A stretch of DNA of 64,000 nucleotides from the human T2T-CHM13v2.0 reference genome, Homo sapiens: assembly GCF_009914755.1 (NCBI RefSeq), contig NC_060925.1; one strand, 5' to 3'. Position numbers and translations under genes: made by a program. The notes beneath the pieces are model-generated. The model did no database searches. It was not told where the DNA came from and saw nothing but the letters and a program-made list of their open reading frames with translations. Below are positions 47,297 through 62,719 of the stretch, piece by piece; within the stretch, counting starts at the first letter, position 1, and each line of letters begins with the position of its first letter.

Positions 47297-47546
47297 TGGC
47301 TGCAAAATCCTAGCACTGCGGGAAGCCAAGGCAGGCAGATTGCGTGAGCTCTGGAGTTCAAGACCAGCCTGGGCAACATGGCGACACCCCATCTCTACAA
47401 AAAATTCAAAAACTAGCTGGGCATAGTGGCATGTGCCTACGGTCCCAGCTACTTGGGAAGCTCAAGGCTGCAGTGAGCAGTGATCGCACCATTGCAGTCC
47501 AGTCTGGGTGAAAAAGCGAGACCTTCTCTCTCCTAAAAAAAAAAAA
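47297..47546 (+). mobile_element. AluJ with deletions
   Basis: Diverged dimer. Confidence 0.9.
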
Positions 47547-47721
47547 TTATACATAATAGAGAGTGTGTGCAGTAAATAAAAACAATTAAAAATTGAAAAG
47601 ATTCCTTCTGGAAAATTGATATCAGGGACTGGGAGTAATGGAACTAGGAACTGTTGCTATTTGCTATAAATCTTGTTAATAATGTTATGACATTGTAAAT
47701 TAGAAGTAATTATTACTTAGA

Positions 47722-48009
<288 letters not shown>

Positions 48010-48679
48010 TTAAAATTCTAACCAAAAAAACCCTAGATAACTTTATGTGTGTTTCCCCTACTTGGGTTCAGATTCCCTACCTATAAAATGTGCAGGTAAC
48101 ATTTCACAAACAGGAGTCATCATCCCATACTTTAGATAGGATATTACTATTTAGGTAATAATTTTTCTCTAGAACACTACAGTATTTTCCTTAAATCTAC
48201 TGTCAACAGAAAACTTCTAAAGGATATTCACTTCTGCTTGTATAGACCACAGACTTCAAATAAGGGTACAGATATACCTGAGAATGCATGAAGATCTTCC
48301 AAAGCGTATGTGGACACAGAGGGTTTTAGGAAGTTGATTCCCTAATTCTCCACCATCTACCTTTTCTTCTTCTAAAACATGTCTGCTCACAGGACATCAC
48401 TCCAGTTCTCAATTCTAGCCTCTTTCATCAAATTTTCTATTCTCACTTTGTACAGAAGGTTGTAAGGAAGGGATGGCAGCAAAGCAGGTAGGCTTGTCAC
48501 TTATCTTTTACCCACCCAGAAGTTTACCTTATACATGTCCCTGGGGTATAAAATTCTCTGGAATAACAAAATAAGGCAATAAAAAATACTACAGTTTGGA
48601 AAAGTGGATGACTCTAAAGACTAGATAACAAATCCTTTTATAAGTCAGGTAGTTCCCAAGTCTTTGTACTGACAGAAAT

Positions 48680-49562
48680 GAATACTAGTGATTTCTGTAC
48701 ATTGATTTTGTATTCTGAGACTTTGCTGAACTTGTTTATCAGCTTAAGAAGCTTGTCGGCTGAGACTATGGGATTTTCTAGGTATAGAACCATGTCATCT
48801 GCAAACAGATAGTTTGACTTACTCTCTTCCTATTTGGATCCCCTTTCTTTCTTTCTATGCTTGACTGCTCCAGCCAAGACTTCCATTACCATGTTGAATA
48901 AACAGGAGTAGTGAAAGAGGGCATCCTTGTCTTGTGTTGGTTTTCAAGGGCAATGCTTCCAGCCTTTGCCCATTTAATGATGTTGGCTGTGGGTTTGTCA
49001 CAGATGGCCCTTATTATTTTGCGGTATGTTCCTTCAATACCTAGTTTATTGAGAGTTTTTAATATGAAGGAGGGCTGAATTTTGTTGAAAGTCTTTTCTG
49101 CATCTACTGAGATAATCATGTTGTTTCTATCTTTTGTAGTTCCATTCGTGTGATAAATCACATTTATTGATTTGCATATGTTGAACCAGTCTTGCATCCC
49201 AAAGATAAAGCCTACTTTATCATGCTGGATAAGCTTTTTGGTGTACTGCTGGATTCAATTTGCCAGTATTTTGTTGAGGATTTTTGCATGGATGTGAATC
49301 AGTAACACTGGTCTTAAGTTTCCTTTTTTTGCTGTGTCTCTGCCAGGTTTTGGTATCAAGATGATGCTGGCCTCACAGAATACTTAGGGAGGAGTGCCTC
49401 TTCCTCAATTTTTTGGAATAGTTTCAGTAGGAATGGTACCAGCTTTTCTTTGTATATCTGGCAGGGCTACTTATTACTGATTTAATTTTGGAGCTCTTTA
49501 TTGGTCTGTTCAGGGATTCAATTTCTTCCTGGCTCAGTCTTGAAAGGGTGTATGTGACCAGG
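48680..49562 (-). mobile_element. L1PA ORF2 (RT region) segment, inverted relative to the adjoining 3' end
   Basis: ORF 48886..49197 [16 protein letters not shown]...[14 protein letters not shown]. Confidence 0.9.
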
Positions 49563-50073
49563 ATACCCAAAGGAATACAAATCCTTGCATTATAAAGACA
49601 TATGCACATGTATGTTCACTGCAGCACTATTTACAATAGCAAAGACATGGAATCAACCTAAATGCCCATTAATGGTAGATTAGATAAAGAAAATGTGGTG
49701 TACATACACGATAGAATGCTATGCAGCCATAAAAAAAGGAGATCACGTCCTCTGCAGGAACATAAATGAAGCCAGAAACCATTATCCTTAGCAAACTAAC
49801 ACAGGACGAAAACCAAATACCACATGTTCTCACTTACAAGTGAGAACTAAACGATGAGGACACATGGACACATAGAGGGGAACAATACACACTGGGGCCT
49901 ATCGGAGGGTAGAGGGTGGGAAGAGGAAAAGGATCACGAAAAATAACTAATGGATACTAGGCTTAATAGCTGGGTGACAAAATAATCTGTACAATGAACC
50001 CCCATGACACAAGTTTACCTATATATAACAAACCTGCACATGTACTCCTGAACTTAAAAGTTAAATACAAAAA
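49563..50073 (+). mobile_element. L1PA 3' end
   Basis: atacccaaaggaatacaaatc...aacctgcacatgtactcctgaacttaaaag. Confidence 0.9.
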
Positions 50074-52186
50074 GACTGAAAGGATATGAAACTAGACGAT
50101 GACGGTATTGGAAAGAAAATTGAAAAATCCATAATCACATTAGTAAATTAATATACTTTCTTCTGCATTAGCTGGGTTTTTATTTTTAAATAATTTTAAT
50201 AGAAAATTTTAAATAGAAAGATTATTAGACATAAAGAACAAATCCTTGAAACAATTTCAGAACACACATGCTTAAAAGCATAAGACGAATATTTACAAAA
50301 AGTGACAACAGTTCATAAAATGAGTGACTTAAATTTGGAAGCACTGGCATCACAGACAACACTTTCACAGTACAAATCATTTCAGTTAAAAAAAATTAGT
50401 GTTTAATCCTCTTCAGATTAAAATGTAAAAGGTTACTTCCACAGTAACAAAAAAAGGGATAAATCAAAAAATGCGTACTATTCTTTAAAGCCAATGACTG
50501 AAACTAACTCAAGCAGCGATGAAGCCCCAGTTAAGCTGAATTCCTGAATAAAACCAAAGGGGTCAGTCTCTCATCCTTGCTCCTAAAAACTAAAATAAAT
50601 AAATAATTTTATAAGTAAATAAATATAAATTTAAAAATCGATGAAATTAAGAGCAAAGCAGACATAGCAGAGGAAAGGAATAACAAACTCAAACACAGTT
50701 CAATACAAATTATTTAAATTCACAGGAAAAAAAGGAAAATAAGAACAGAGCATCAGAAGTCTGTAAGATAATATGAAACATTATAACAACATATGACTAG
50801 AAACCTACAGGGAAAGGAAGGAGAGCAAAGGGCTGAACAAGTAATGGCTGACTATGTTCAAAAATTAAATCCTAGGCATTGAATTTGTTCGCTGCCAAAA
50901 AACAAAATAAAATAAAGAACAGATCCTCTTGTTCCATGAAACCCAAGAAGAATAAATATAAAAATAATAAAATGTAGGAATAACATAGTCAAATTGCTGA
51001 AAACCAATGTCAGAAAGAAAATCTTAAAAGCAGTTAGAGAGAAAAACGATATACTAGCTTTAGGAGAAGGATGGTAAAAATGACTACTGATTTCATCAGA
51101 AACAAAAGAATAGTGAAAATATCTTTAAAGTGTTTTAAAAAGAAAACCCAAAGCTTCTATATAGAGCAAAACAATCTGCTTTACAAGAAATAGTAAAAAA
51201 GTTATACAAGTAAAAGGGAAATCAGCCAGATGGATGCGAGAAAAAATGAAGAGCATCTGAAAAGGTAAATATTTGGGTAAATAAAAAAAGGGTCTGGTGG
51301 GTTTTTGTTCTTTTTTATTTATTTATTTTGGTATCCTATCTTCAAAAGCCAAAATAACAATGTTTTAAAAAAGAAAAAAAAAGTTTGGTGAGACTTATAA
51401 CATGGTTTGAACCAAAAAAAGGGGAAGTTTAGTAAACTGAGTTATGTGGTATACCATATATTCAAGATTGCCTGCAAACATATTGTCCTTGAAGTAGCAT
51501 ACTATAAACTGTGTGGGAGAAAAGGCCTTTTGTGGTATTTAGAGAAAACACTAAAATTACAATAAAAAGAAGTACATGAAAAATAGAGAAGATAAAATGA
51601 GATACTGAAAACCCAATGATGTCTAAAGGAGGCAAGAAAGGAGGAAGAAGTGATAAAGAACAGGAGGGAGAAATGGAAAACAAATACCATGGTGTAGACT
51701 CAAACCGAACTATATCAATAATTATATTAAATAAAATTTAAATGGACTTAAGCACTTCAATTCACTGCACTTATTAGACTGTGTTTTTAAAAAGAACAGA
51801 AAAAAATACTACCTACTGTTAAGGACACACACTTTATAAGGACAATGACAGAACTAAAGTACAAGCATGAAGAAGACTATACCATGGAAACATTAACTAT
51901 AAGTAAGATGCTGTGGCTCTATCAGTATCAGACAAAGCAGACTTCAGAACAATAAATATTTCCAACAATAAACATATCCATTTCATAATAATAATAAAGG
52001 AGATGATTCATCCAGAAGATATAAAAATTCTAAACATGTATGAGCTGCACCTAATAACAGGGTTTCAAAATACATGAAGCAAAAATTACCAAAAAAGAAA
52101 ACAAAAGTAGACAATTATAATAATAACAGTAACACACTCGTCAGCAACTGACAGCAAGGAGGAAAAACAAATTTAATAATATTAAC

Positions 52187-52495
52187 TGGCTGGGTCTGGT
52201 GGCTCACACCAGTAATTTCAGCACTTTTGGAGGCCAAGGCAGGCAGATCACCCAAGGCCAGGAGTTCGAGACCAGCCTGGTCAACATGGTGAGACGCCAT
52301 CTCTACCAAAAATATAAAAATTAGCCGAGGGGGGTGGTGTGTGCCAGTAATCCCAGCTACTTGGGAGGCTGAGGCAGGAGAATCTCTTGAACCTGGGAGG
52401 CAGAGGTTGCAGCAGAGATCACGCCACTGCACTCCAGCCTGAGTGACAAAGAGAGACTCCATCTCAAAAAAATAATAACAACAACAATAATATTA
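52187..52495 (+). mobile_element. AluS
   Basis: Full dimer. Confidence 0.94.
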
Positions 52496-53785
52496 ATATT
52501 AACCCACACTACATAATCATATTTATAAAGAACTACAATGAATAAAAACACTGTTTTCAAATGCAAGTGGAATATTTACAAAACAGATTATGCTGAGCTA
52601 CAATGAAATCACAATCAATTTCAAAGGACTAAACACATGCAAATTGAGCTTCCCCTTCTGGCCAAAATGGAGTAAAAGGGACTAGATTTACATTCCTGCC
52701 TTAAACAACAAAACACCTGTCCAACTATATGAAACAATGCTTTCCAGACAAAGGGCCAGAAATATTACATGTTCCCAGCAGCCAGAGTAGAAAAACCAAG
52801 AAATATACATGCATCAGGCACTCAAAAAGGTTGTCTCAGTAGTGAGGCAAAACTAGCAGAGACAAAAAACTGCTCTGCTCCTCCCTATCATACCTTAAAA
52901 ACAAGCTTCAAGAGATTCAAACTGTTTCCAAGTAACTTAACTACATGTCAGGACAAAGTTCAGGAATATATAAAGGATTACAAAAATATTCAGCACTGAA
53001 CAAGGTGAAATTTATAATTTCTGGCATCTAATTAAGAAACAAGCATGCAAAGAAGCAGAAAAATATATCCTACAATAAGGGAAAAAGTCAATCTATATGG
53101 AGCAAAATTGAAGACAGCAATAGAAACTATCCAAAATGCACTAGAAAGATGAATAAGATCAAATAAAATGAACAAAACTATTCATCAATGACCTAAAGAA
53201 CAACTTCAACTAGCCTAAGAGATATGTAACTGGAATTCCCAAAGTGGAAGAGGGGACATAAAAATATTTGAAGAAATAATGGCTGAAAATTTTCTAAATC
53301 TGAAGCAAACTATAAATCTACAGATCTAAAAAATTCAAAGAACCCAATAACAAAAAACACAAAGGGGGAAAAAAAAAACCTCTACTGCAAGGCACATCAT
53401 AATCAAAACACTTACACCCATAAAAAGAGTATCTTAAACTGGGAGAAACATATTTCATTAAGAAGACAAAAGATAAGAATGACAGCAGACTTTTCATCTG
53501 AAACAATGCTAGGAGACAGTGGAGCAACATTTCTTTAAAAGCCAATCTGGAATTTTATACTTATATGGAGTACCTTTCAAACACAAAAGTAAAATAAAGA
53601 TTTTGTCAGACATATAAAAGAAATAATTCGCCTCTCGCCGTCCTGCACTAAAGAAATGGTAAATGATGTCCTTGAGGCTAAAGGAAAATAACAGATAGAA
53701 ACCAATCTAGACAAAAGAATAAAGGACACCAGAAATGGTAAATAAATGGGTAATATAAGACTTGCTAGAAATCTCCATAATTTAA

Positions 53786-54212
<427 letters not shown>

Positions 54213-55527
54213 TAAGGTTCTTGTAATACAGATGAAGTAGTATAATATTACTTTAATGTAGAATGTGGTAGTAATTGTATTAAAAACTCTAAAGCAACCA
54301 CTAAAAAGACAAAAAATTATAAGTGATGAACCAACAAAGCATCTAAAATGGAATCACCTAAAATCATGTAAATTATGTTCTCCAACTATAATGGAATTCA
54401 ACTAGAATTCAATTACCAAAATATATACTTGGCAAAGTAGTAATATACAAAATACAAGCACACACACATACACAAATCAGTAAGAGAAAAGACAAATGAT
54501 CCATCAGGAAAATGGACACAAAATATGAATAGGTAATTCATCAAATAGAAAACAAGGGTGGCCAAATGAAGAAATTCTCAGCTGTACTGGTTATTACAGA
54601 AATGTATTTTTAAAACACACATACACACACACAAACAGCATTTGATACTTATCAGACTGGCAGTAACTAAAAAACAGAAAATACCAAGTGCTTATATGAC
54701 ACAAATCCACAGAAGAGCAATCTGTCAATATCAAATATTTAATAAGATTAAAATGTGCACACATACCCTAATGCGAGCACAAGGAGAAAGGTATACTAAA
54801 TGTAGTGCTGACACAACTAAGAATTGAGAAGAACCTAAATGCCCATCAATAGAATAATAGATATATTTCTGAAACAGATTACTATAAGAATTTAAAATAA
54901 ATAAACCAAATCTACACTTATCAATATGAACCTCAAAAAGTAAACAAATAGGTATATTTCAAAAGGATAACTACAGCATGAAACCCTTTATATAAACCTC
55001 TAATTTATGCAAACTACTTTATATGGTTGTAGATACTAACATACATAAGAAACGCATACACATGCTTGAGAAGGATTCTTGCCAACTTCATATGGTGGTC
55101 ACACTGGGAGAAGGGAATGAGATGAGAGGGGTTTAAGTATGAAAATAATTACTTCTTAAGTCAGATCTAAGACATACGCCAAAATCTTCACATTTATTAA
55201 AACTAGGAAGGAGTATTTCAGAGCCCCATATTATTTTCTGTACTTTTCTGTATGCTGGAAAGATTCAGGTTAAATAATAATGAAAAGTAAAACAGAAAGC
55301 AATAATGTAAAAAAATCTATGACAGGAACTTTGCTTCTGAGGTGGCTCCCTCTTCAGAAAATAATAGGAAAGAATCTGTAATCTAATAAGACAACTGTGT
55401 TTCTTCAATTCGAAGCCAAAAAGGAAACAAAGACTAATGCTGGCATATGAGAAGGTAGGAAGAAGGTTACCAGTTCTCACTTTCACTATGTAATTATCTG
55501 CTTTTGGTATGGTAGCCCACACACATC

Positions 55528-55530
<3 letters not shown>

Positions 55531-55558
<28 letters not shown>

Positions 55559-56077
55559 AAGTTCTGGGACACGAGTGCAGAATGTGTAGGTTTGTTACCT
55601 AGGCAATATCATTCAGGACATAGGAATGGGCAAAGACTTCATGACTAAAACATCAAAAGCAATGGCAACAAAAGCCAAAATTGGCATATGGGATCTAATT
55701 AAACTAAAGAGCTTCTACACAGCAAAAGAAACTATCATCACAGTGAACAGGCAACCTACAGAATGGGGAAAAATTTTTGCAATGTACCCATCTGACAAAG
55801 ATCTAATATCCAGAATCTACAAGGAACTTTGAACAAATTTACAGGAAAAAAAATAAACAACCCCATCGAAAAGTGGGCAAAGGATATGAACAGACACTTC
55901 TCAAAAGAAGACATTTATGTGGCCAAAAAACGTATGAAAAAAAACTCAACATCACTGATCATTAGATAAATGCAAATCAAAACCACAATGAGATACCATC
56001 TCACATCAGTCTGAATGGCAATTATTAAAAAGCCAAGAAACAATAGATGCTGACGAGGCTGTGGAGAAACAGGAACA
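55531..56077 (-). mobile_element. 5'-inverted L1PA insertion (poly(T) + 3' end on minus, ORF2 piece on plus)
   Basis: TSD cccaca(c/t)acatcttt at 55516-55530 and 56078-56092; ORF 55626 [19 protein letters not shown]. Confidence 0.92.
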
Positions 56078-56577
56078 CCCACATACATCTTTAAGTGTGC
56101 CTGTTATGAAGCAGTCCAGAGAGCTTCTTTCTTACCACCTCCGTTGGGGGTGGAGGGGTTAAAAATTATAGTTTTCTCCTAAAGTAGAAAAGGAAGAATC
56201 ATTAGCTTAGTTATATAAGAAGGAATCAGGGATTCCAACTGCTTCTTAAACAGATTCTCAACCACTCATTGTTTTCAGCCTTTACTCTGTCAGATACCTG
56301 ATGGTCCCAATCCCAGGGCCTCTGCTCCACAATATAAATAGGGTCAGTTCTTAGCTTTCTCCCTATTGCTGGTGTAGCATTCAGTTTCCTCAGATCTACT
56401 TATCTGTTACCTTTTGTCCATCTGTTTCATAGCTTAGAAAAAATTCCTGAAAATATATCTTATCTCATTTTATTTATTTTTGCCTCTTTAAAATCCCTAA
56501 TTTACTGTCATTTTCATCATTTCAAAAGGGAGCAAGGTAACTGCGTATGTTCAATCTCTCATAAAAAGTCATTTTAG

Positions 56578-56886
56578 GGCCGGAAGCAGTGGCTCACCCT
56601 ATAATCCCAGCACCCTGGGAGGCTGAGGTGGGAGGATTGCTTGAAGCCAAGAGTTTGAGACTACTGTAGGCCAATATAGTGAGACCTGTATCTACAAAAA
56701 ATAAAAATAAAAATAAACTAGTTGGGTGATTTAAAAACTAAAAAAATTAGTGGTGTGAGTGAGAGGCTGAGGCAGGAGAATCACTTGAGCCCAGGGGGTA
56801 GAGGATGCAGTGAGCTATGACTGTACCACTGCACTCCAGACTGGGTGGGTGACAGAGGGAGACTTTGTCCCTTAAAAAAAAAAGAA
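56578..56886 (+). mobile_element. AluJ with rearranged linker
   Basis: Diverged dimer. Confidence 0.9.
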
Positions 56887-58126
56887 AGTCTTTTATATTA
56901 CTTATCACCATGTGAAAATACCTGCTTTACTGATTTAGTTCACAAACACACACATACAGCAGAACTCTAGCTTGTCCACAGACCTTAACACAACCCCTGG
57001 CAAACAGTAGATGCTAATAGTAAACTATGGTTAAAACCGTAAGAGAAATTCCCATTTACCCGACCTCCCAAACAGATATAACATGGGAGACAACTTATTT
57101 TGGCTGGCTCAACCTGACACACCTTTCTCCTACTAGAAGATCCCCACCACAGTCAGTGGGATCCAGATCCAAGCTAAGTTAATCATAATCTAGCCACAGA
57201 AATCTTTAAACTGCAGTTGGAAACAAAAGCTCCTTTTTTTCTTTTATCAAAAAACATACATATAAACCAAGAGTGCAAATGACATTATTATCCACCATGT
57301 GATAAAAAAGTCTACAAGAAAAGAAAATCAGAGCTGTCCCAATCAAACAGGCATAAGGGGCACAAAAGAAAGACTCTCAACAACATTCAAATCCCTATCT
57401 CATGTACTTGTAGTCTTCCAGAGAAGCCAAGGTTCTAATCTTCTCAAAGTTTGGTGGTTCAACTATTCTTTTTTGTGTGTATGTGTTACTCACTCACTTA
57501 CTGTCTCAATAAATACTCCCTTTATGTTTAACCTCAGGGTAGTATTTGCTTATGCTAAGGTGTGTGTTGCTTATAATATATCACACTCAATTCCCAATAC
57601 TTGCAATTTCACATTTTACGTCTTTAACAGTTACGTAAAATAAATGGAATTTTACATTACATTAAATAAGATATATTTAGTACAGATCTCTTTAAATGCT
57701 CTTAGTTATGCCATAGACTACTACTGCTACCAATGGACACCTGCTGAAAGAACTGTATGTAGATAAAAATAATCTCTATTTCTCCTCCAAATCTCACATA
57801 TGAAGAGGGGACAATATGGTAAGAAAGATACTCATTAGAAGACAGATAACCAACAAAACTATTTCCTATGAAAACGAAACTTTACTTTCTCAAGATTTTG
57901 AACACTCAGCTTTTGTTAATAAAAACTGGTCATTGCAAATAAGTTATAATGTATTGAAATTGTTCTTTAAGTTACAAAAAGGGGGAATCTAGCAGAAGTG
58001 ACACTTTGTAGCTGTTTCTAGCTGAGTAAAAATGAATGGATTAGTGAAGCTATCCTATTATTTTTAAACTTTCTACGTCTTTTTTATTGCAATAAAGTTC
58101 ATCATTTAAAATTTTTTTTAAGTTTA

Positions 58127-58258
<132 letters not shown>

Positions 58259-58645
58259 CTAAAAATGAAGAAAGAAGAAACACAACAACTTCCTATGAAG
58301 ACTGTTTTAGAGACTAAAACAAATGTTTACTTGCTACTTCCTAATATGCTCATTACATAGATATCGAAAATATATTATAATGTTCCAAACTACCCCTTCC
58401 TAGCTAGTGGCTCCCTACTGTCTTATAGTTATAACTTAAACACTATTTCTTCTCCCTTAAATGAATTTAGATAACAAATATAAAAGGTGCCTTTGAGACT
58501 ATTCTAAAGCTGTAATTTACCTTCAAAATGACTGAATTTAATTATTTGTCTAGCCATATTTTCAATTTTGCATGTAGTAAGGTATTAAGCTCATTTGCCT
58601 CCATAATTTGGGACTAAGCCTTTAAAATTGAGAATCTTTCAAAGG

Positions 58646-58778
58646 TTTGTTTTGTTTTTGTTTTTGTTTGAATATAGACAAAGTCTCGCTATGTTGCCCA
58701 AGCTAGTCTCAAATTCTTGGGCTTGAGTGATCCTCCCACCTTGGCCTCCCAAAGTGTTGGGATTATAGGTGTGAGCCC
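58646..58778 (-). mobile_element. FLAM/Alu monomer between COP1 exons 4 and 5
   Basis: gtctcgctatgttgcccaagct...cccaaagtgttgggattatagg. Confidence 0.88.
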
Positions 58779-59057
58779 AACCTCAACAGTTTTTTGAAAA
58801 TATCTAACCATTGTTTCACCACCCAAAATAATCCTTCAAATGTCAAGTATTCAAAGACAAATGTTTCAATATAATCCTACCAGACCTTTCAAAATAGGAT
58901 CACTCTAGTAAAGTACTACAGACAATGCAGTTAAGAAAGTTAGTTATTTGACTAGAACAATCCTAAACAATCGCCTTTTAAGAAAAATCAATAATATACT
59001 AAACTTTAACATCTAACTAATATTAAACCAATAAAAACAACAAAATGAAATTTATTA

Positions 59058-59207
<150 letters not shown>

Positions 59208-59579
59208 TTAAATGTATCATGTAATTCTTCGGTTTAGATAGATTCTATTTTACCTATACATAGCCTCCAAATTCAAAACATGCTAAACAGAAAGTGTTAG
59301 CTTTTTATTTTATTTCAAGTTAGAAAACAGTTTTGCTGCAGCTGCTACTACTACAACTACTATTACTATAGGAGAATTCTTCAGAATATGTATTTTCCCT
59401 TACATGTTTCTCAATGATGACGCTATTGGCACTTGCTGAGAGAGAAATCCTCATTCACCATGTGAGACCATCACATGCCCCATATGGTAACAAGGCATGA
59501 GTAACTGAGTATCTACTATGAGTTAAGTACTAAAGACTTGCATTTGTTCTTTTTCTTTGTAATTCTTCTAAAAATACCA

Positions 59580-60100
59580 TGGAAGACACTTTTAGCTAAC
59601 TATCCAAAAACCATCCTACTCTTTTTCTTGATAATAACATGACTTTTTTCCAAGTGTCAGACTGCCATATAACTTTCAGAGAGGTTAGATTCCACCCCAA
59701 CCCCATGTATTACTTTGACTAACCTAAGGCAATCTAGTCATTCATGCCCTTGCCAGTGGTTGATGTGGGGTTAAGTACGTAACCCAATTTTGACCAAAGA
59801 GAGATGTGCTATCTTTCAGAAAGGAAAGGATAGGAGAAAAAAACCATGCCTTCATAAGGGGATGATATCTGGAACTGCTTAGAGCCATCTTGCAACCTCA
59901 AGAATAGCCAGCCAAAAGACCAAGGTATATGCTGGCAATGGAAGAAAAGAACAAGAGAAAGAACCTGACAATACCACTGAACCACTGATAACTAGTTCTA
60001 GAAATTCTTTTCCCGTGAATCGATACATTTTCCATAATGTTTAACCACTTTAAATTGGATCTTTCTATTTTTCTACAACCAACAAATATAAACTGACACA
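59580..60100 (+). mobile_element. Probable old ERVL/MaLR LTR
   Basis: gccatcttgcaacc and a terminal ...aactgacaca; by eye. Confidence 0.45.
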
Positions 60101-60607
60101 AAAAACTGATTTTTTTTTTAAAAAGGGAAACTACCACTAGGCTAGGAAGGCACTTTATAGACAATATCTTACAGATTATTTTCCCCAATTAGAGATGAAG
60201 AAGTATTAGCACAGAGAGCATAAGTAACTTATGCATGGTGACATATACAATGAGACAATGCTGAGAATATAGACCCAACTGTCTGATACTTCCCAGTATA
60301 TCACAATGCAAGTATAAATATTTTTGAAAACAACAAACAGATACCAAGCTCATAAGGATCCAAGCTTCAAAGACACAATCCAAGGTCTCAAGCAACTCAG
60401 ACTAGCAAGACAGATGCATATGATACAGTACTTGTAATATAATGTGATAATCAGTACTATCATTAAAATAGATTTACAAAGTATACACGCAGAGATCAAT
60501 CAAAATGTTAACAAGCACACTTCATATAGAAGGCAACATTAGAAATGGGCCATAATAGGCACACAGGGGCTCACTAAGCAAAAATAAAAGTGAAGAAAAA
60601 TTCAGGT

Positions 60608-60629
60608 GAGAGAGAGAGAGAGATGTGTG

Positions 60630-60681
<52 letters not shown>
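60608..60681 (+). repeat. Compound (GA)n-(GT)n microsatellite
   Basis: Direct reading. Confidence 0.95.
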
Positions 60682-60683
<2 letters not shown>

Positions 60684-60711
60684 GAGATACAACGATTTAA
60701 AATCAATATAG

Positions 60712-60991
60712 TCATCCCAGCACTTTGGGAGGCCAAGGTGGGTGGATCACCTGAGGTCAGGAGTTCGAGACCAGCCTGGCCAACATGGCAAAACCCTGCC
60801 TCTACTAAAAATAGAAAAATTAGCCTGACATGGTGGCACGTGCCTGTAGTCTCAGCTACTCGGGAGGCTTAGGAAGGAGAATCACTTGAACCCAGGAGGT
60901 AGTGAGCCAAGATCGTGTCACTGCACTGCAGCCTAGGAGATAGAGCTAGACTCCATCTCAAAATAAATAAATAAATAAACAAGTAAGTAAG
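60712..60991 (+). mobile_element. AluS, 5'-truncated
   Basis: TSD taaaatcaatatag at 60698-60711 and 60992-61005. Confidence 0.94.
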
Positions 60992-61391
60992 TAAAATCAA
61001 TATAGCTAAAACAAGGGTCAGAGTGATCTTGTGAATGATTCACAGGGATTAAGAACTAAGCCTGGAAATGTAGGCAGATCAGAGCCAGATTGTGAAGGGC
61101 CTGAACTGCAGATACCTTACACAAGAAAAGTGATTATAATCCAGATAAAGGAGAGAGCATGAAATAATTCAGTGGGAATAAAGAGGAGTAAGTCAGTAAG
61201 AGGTCAGTGTCACAGTTATGAATTTAACCATTTGAAGAAAAATAGTGACTGTTAAATACTTTACATGAATATGCCGCATTGAATTTTACCACAAAATCTT
61301 ATATACCATTATATTTGATTCTCAATAACAATACTGTAAGATCAAACATTTTTTTCAAGAGCAACTCTATTAACTAAAGATCAAGCCTGTA

Positions 61392-61698
61392 TTTATTTAT
61401 TTTATTTATTTATTTATTGAGACAGGGTGTGACTCTGTCACGCAGGATGGAGTGCAGTGGCGTGATCTTGGCTCCCTGCAACCTCCGCCTCCCAGGCTCA
61501 AGCCATCCTCCCATCTCAGCCTTCCCAGTAGCTAGGACTACAGGTGCACACCACTCCACCCAGCAAATTTTTGAATCTTTTATAGAGACAGGGTTTCACC
61601 ATGTTGCCCAGGCTGATCTTGAACTCTTGGCCTCGAGTGATCCGTCTACCTTGGCCTCCCAAGTGCTGGATTACAGGCATGAGACACCATGCCCAGCC
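61392..61698 (-). mobile_element. AluJ
   Basis: TSD agatcaagcctgta. Confidence 0.93.
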
Positions 61699-61928
61699 AA
61701 GGTAGATCAAGCCTGTAAAGGCCACAAAATTAAATTACAAAATAAAGTTACAGCAAATGATGGCAAAAATAAAGTGTAAACAAACAATGTATTAACTGTC
61801 TTGCCATGTCATATAAAGACATTTAAATTCTACATTTACCAAACGAAGTTTTTTACTACTGTATCAGATTTTTCATGGAGTTACTTGAAAAAATGGTTAT
61901 TTTTTTCTTCTTGAAAAACGATATCCTA

Positions 61929-62220
61929 GGCTGGGCACAGTGGCTCATGCCTATAATCCCATTATTTAGGGAGGCTGAGGCAGGCAAACAGCTTGAGCCA
62001 GGAGCTGGAGACCAGCTTGGGTAACATAGCAAAACCCCGTCTCCACAAAAAAATACAAAACTTTCCCAGGTGTGGTGGTACATGCCTGAATTCCCCGCTA
62101 CTCAGGAGGCCTAGGTGGTAGGACTGCCTGTGCTCAGGAGTTCGAGGCTGCAGTGAACCATGGTCACGCCACTGTACTCCAGCCTGCATGACAGAGAGAG
62201 ACGCTGTCTCAAAAAAATAA
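61929..62220 (+). mobile_element. AluJ
   Basis: Full dimer. Confidence 0.92.
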
Positions 62221-62619
62221 AAATTTTTAAAAAACTATATCCTACAACAAACAATGGTTACCTATGGAAAATAAAAGAAGTTATTTTATTTAGTACACTC
62301 AGCTTAAGTGTTTCCTCATCAAGGGGTATTTTATTATTTTTGTACTTCAAAAATTTAACAGAAGAAAATCTCTTAAAATGCAAGGTATATACACTGGACT
62401 CAACATTCAAATGTCTATATATGTATATATGAAAGTCATTAGAGTCACACACTTAGTGGGAAAACCCTTTCAAAACTATGTCACAGCTTACAAACAAGAA
62501 TAGCAAAATGGTGAATTCCATTCCATAACTTTGAAAACTTATTTTAAAAGCAATGCTTACCTATTAGCAGAAGACATCAGCTAGCATCTTATTTATACTA
62601 TAGATTAAAGCATTTAATG

Positions 62620-62719
62620 ATCAGTGTCTGTCTTGTCCACCATCGTGGTCCCTGACGCATAGTAGGCGCCTGGTATTTGCTGAATGAATGAATGAATGAA
62701 TGAATGAATGAATGAATGA
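62620..62719 (+). mobile_element. L2 3' end with expanded (TGAA)n tail
   Basis: gcatagtaggcgc...tatttgctgaatgaatgaa. Confidence 0.75.

Noticed and set aside
62550-62590. Minus-strand TAATAG|GTAAGC as a recursive splice site
   Set aside because: Short, weak pyrimidine tract; such 7-mers are expected by chance in 64 kb.
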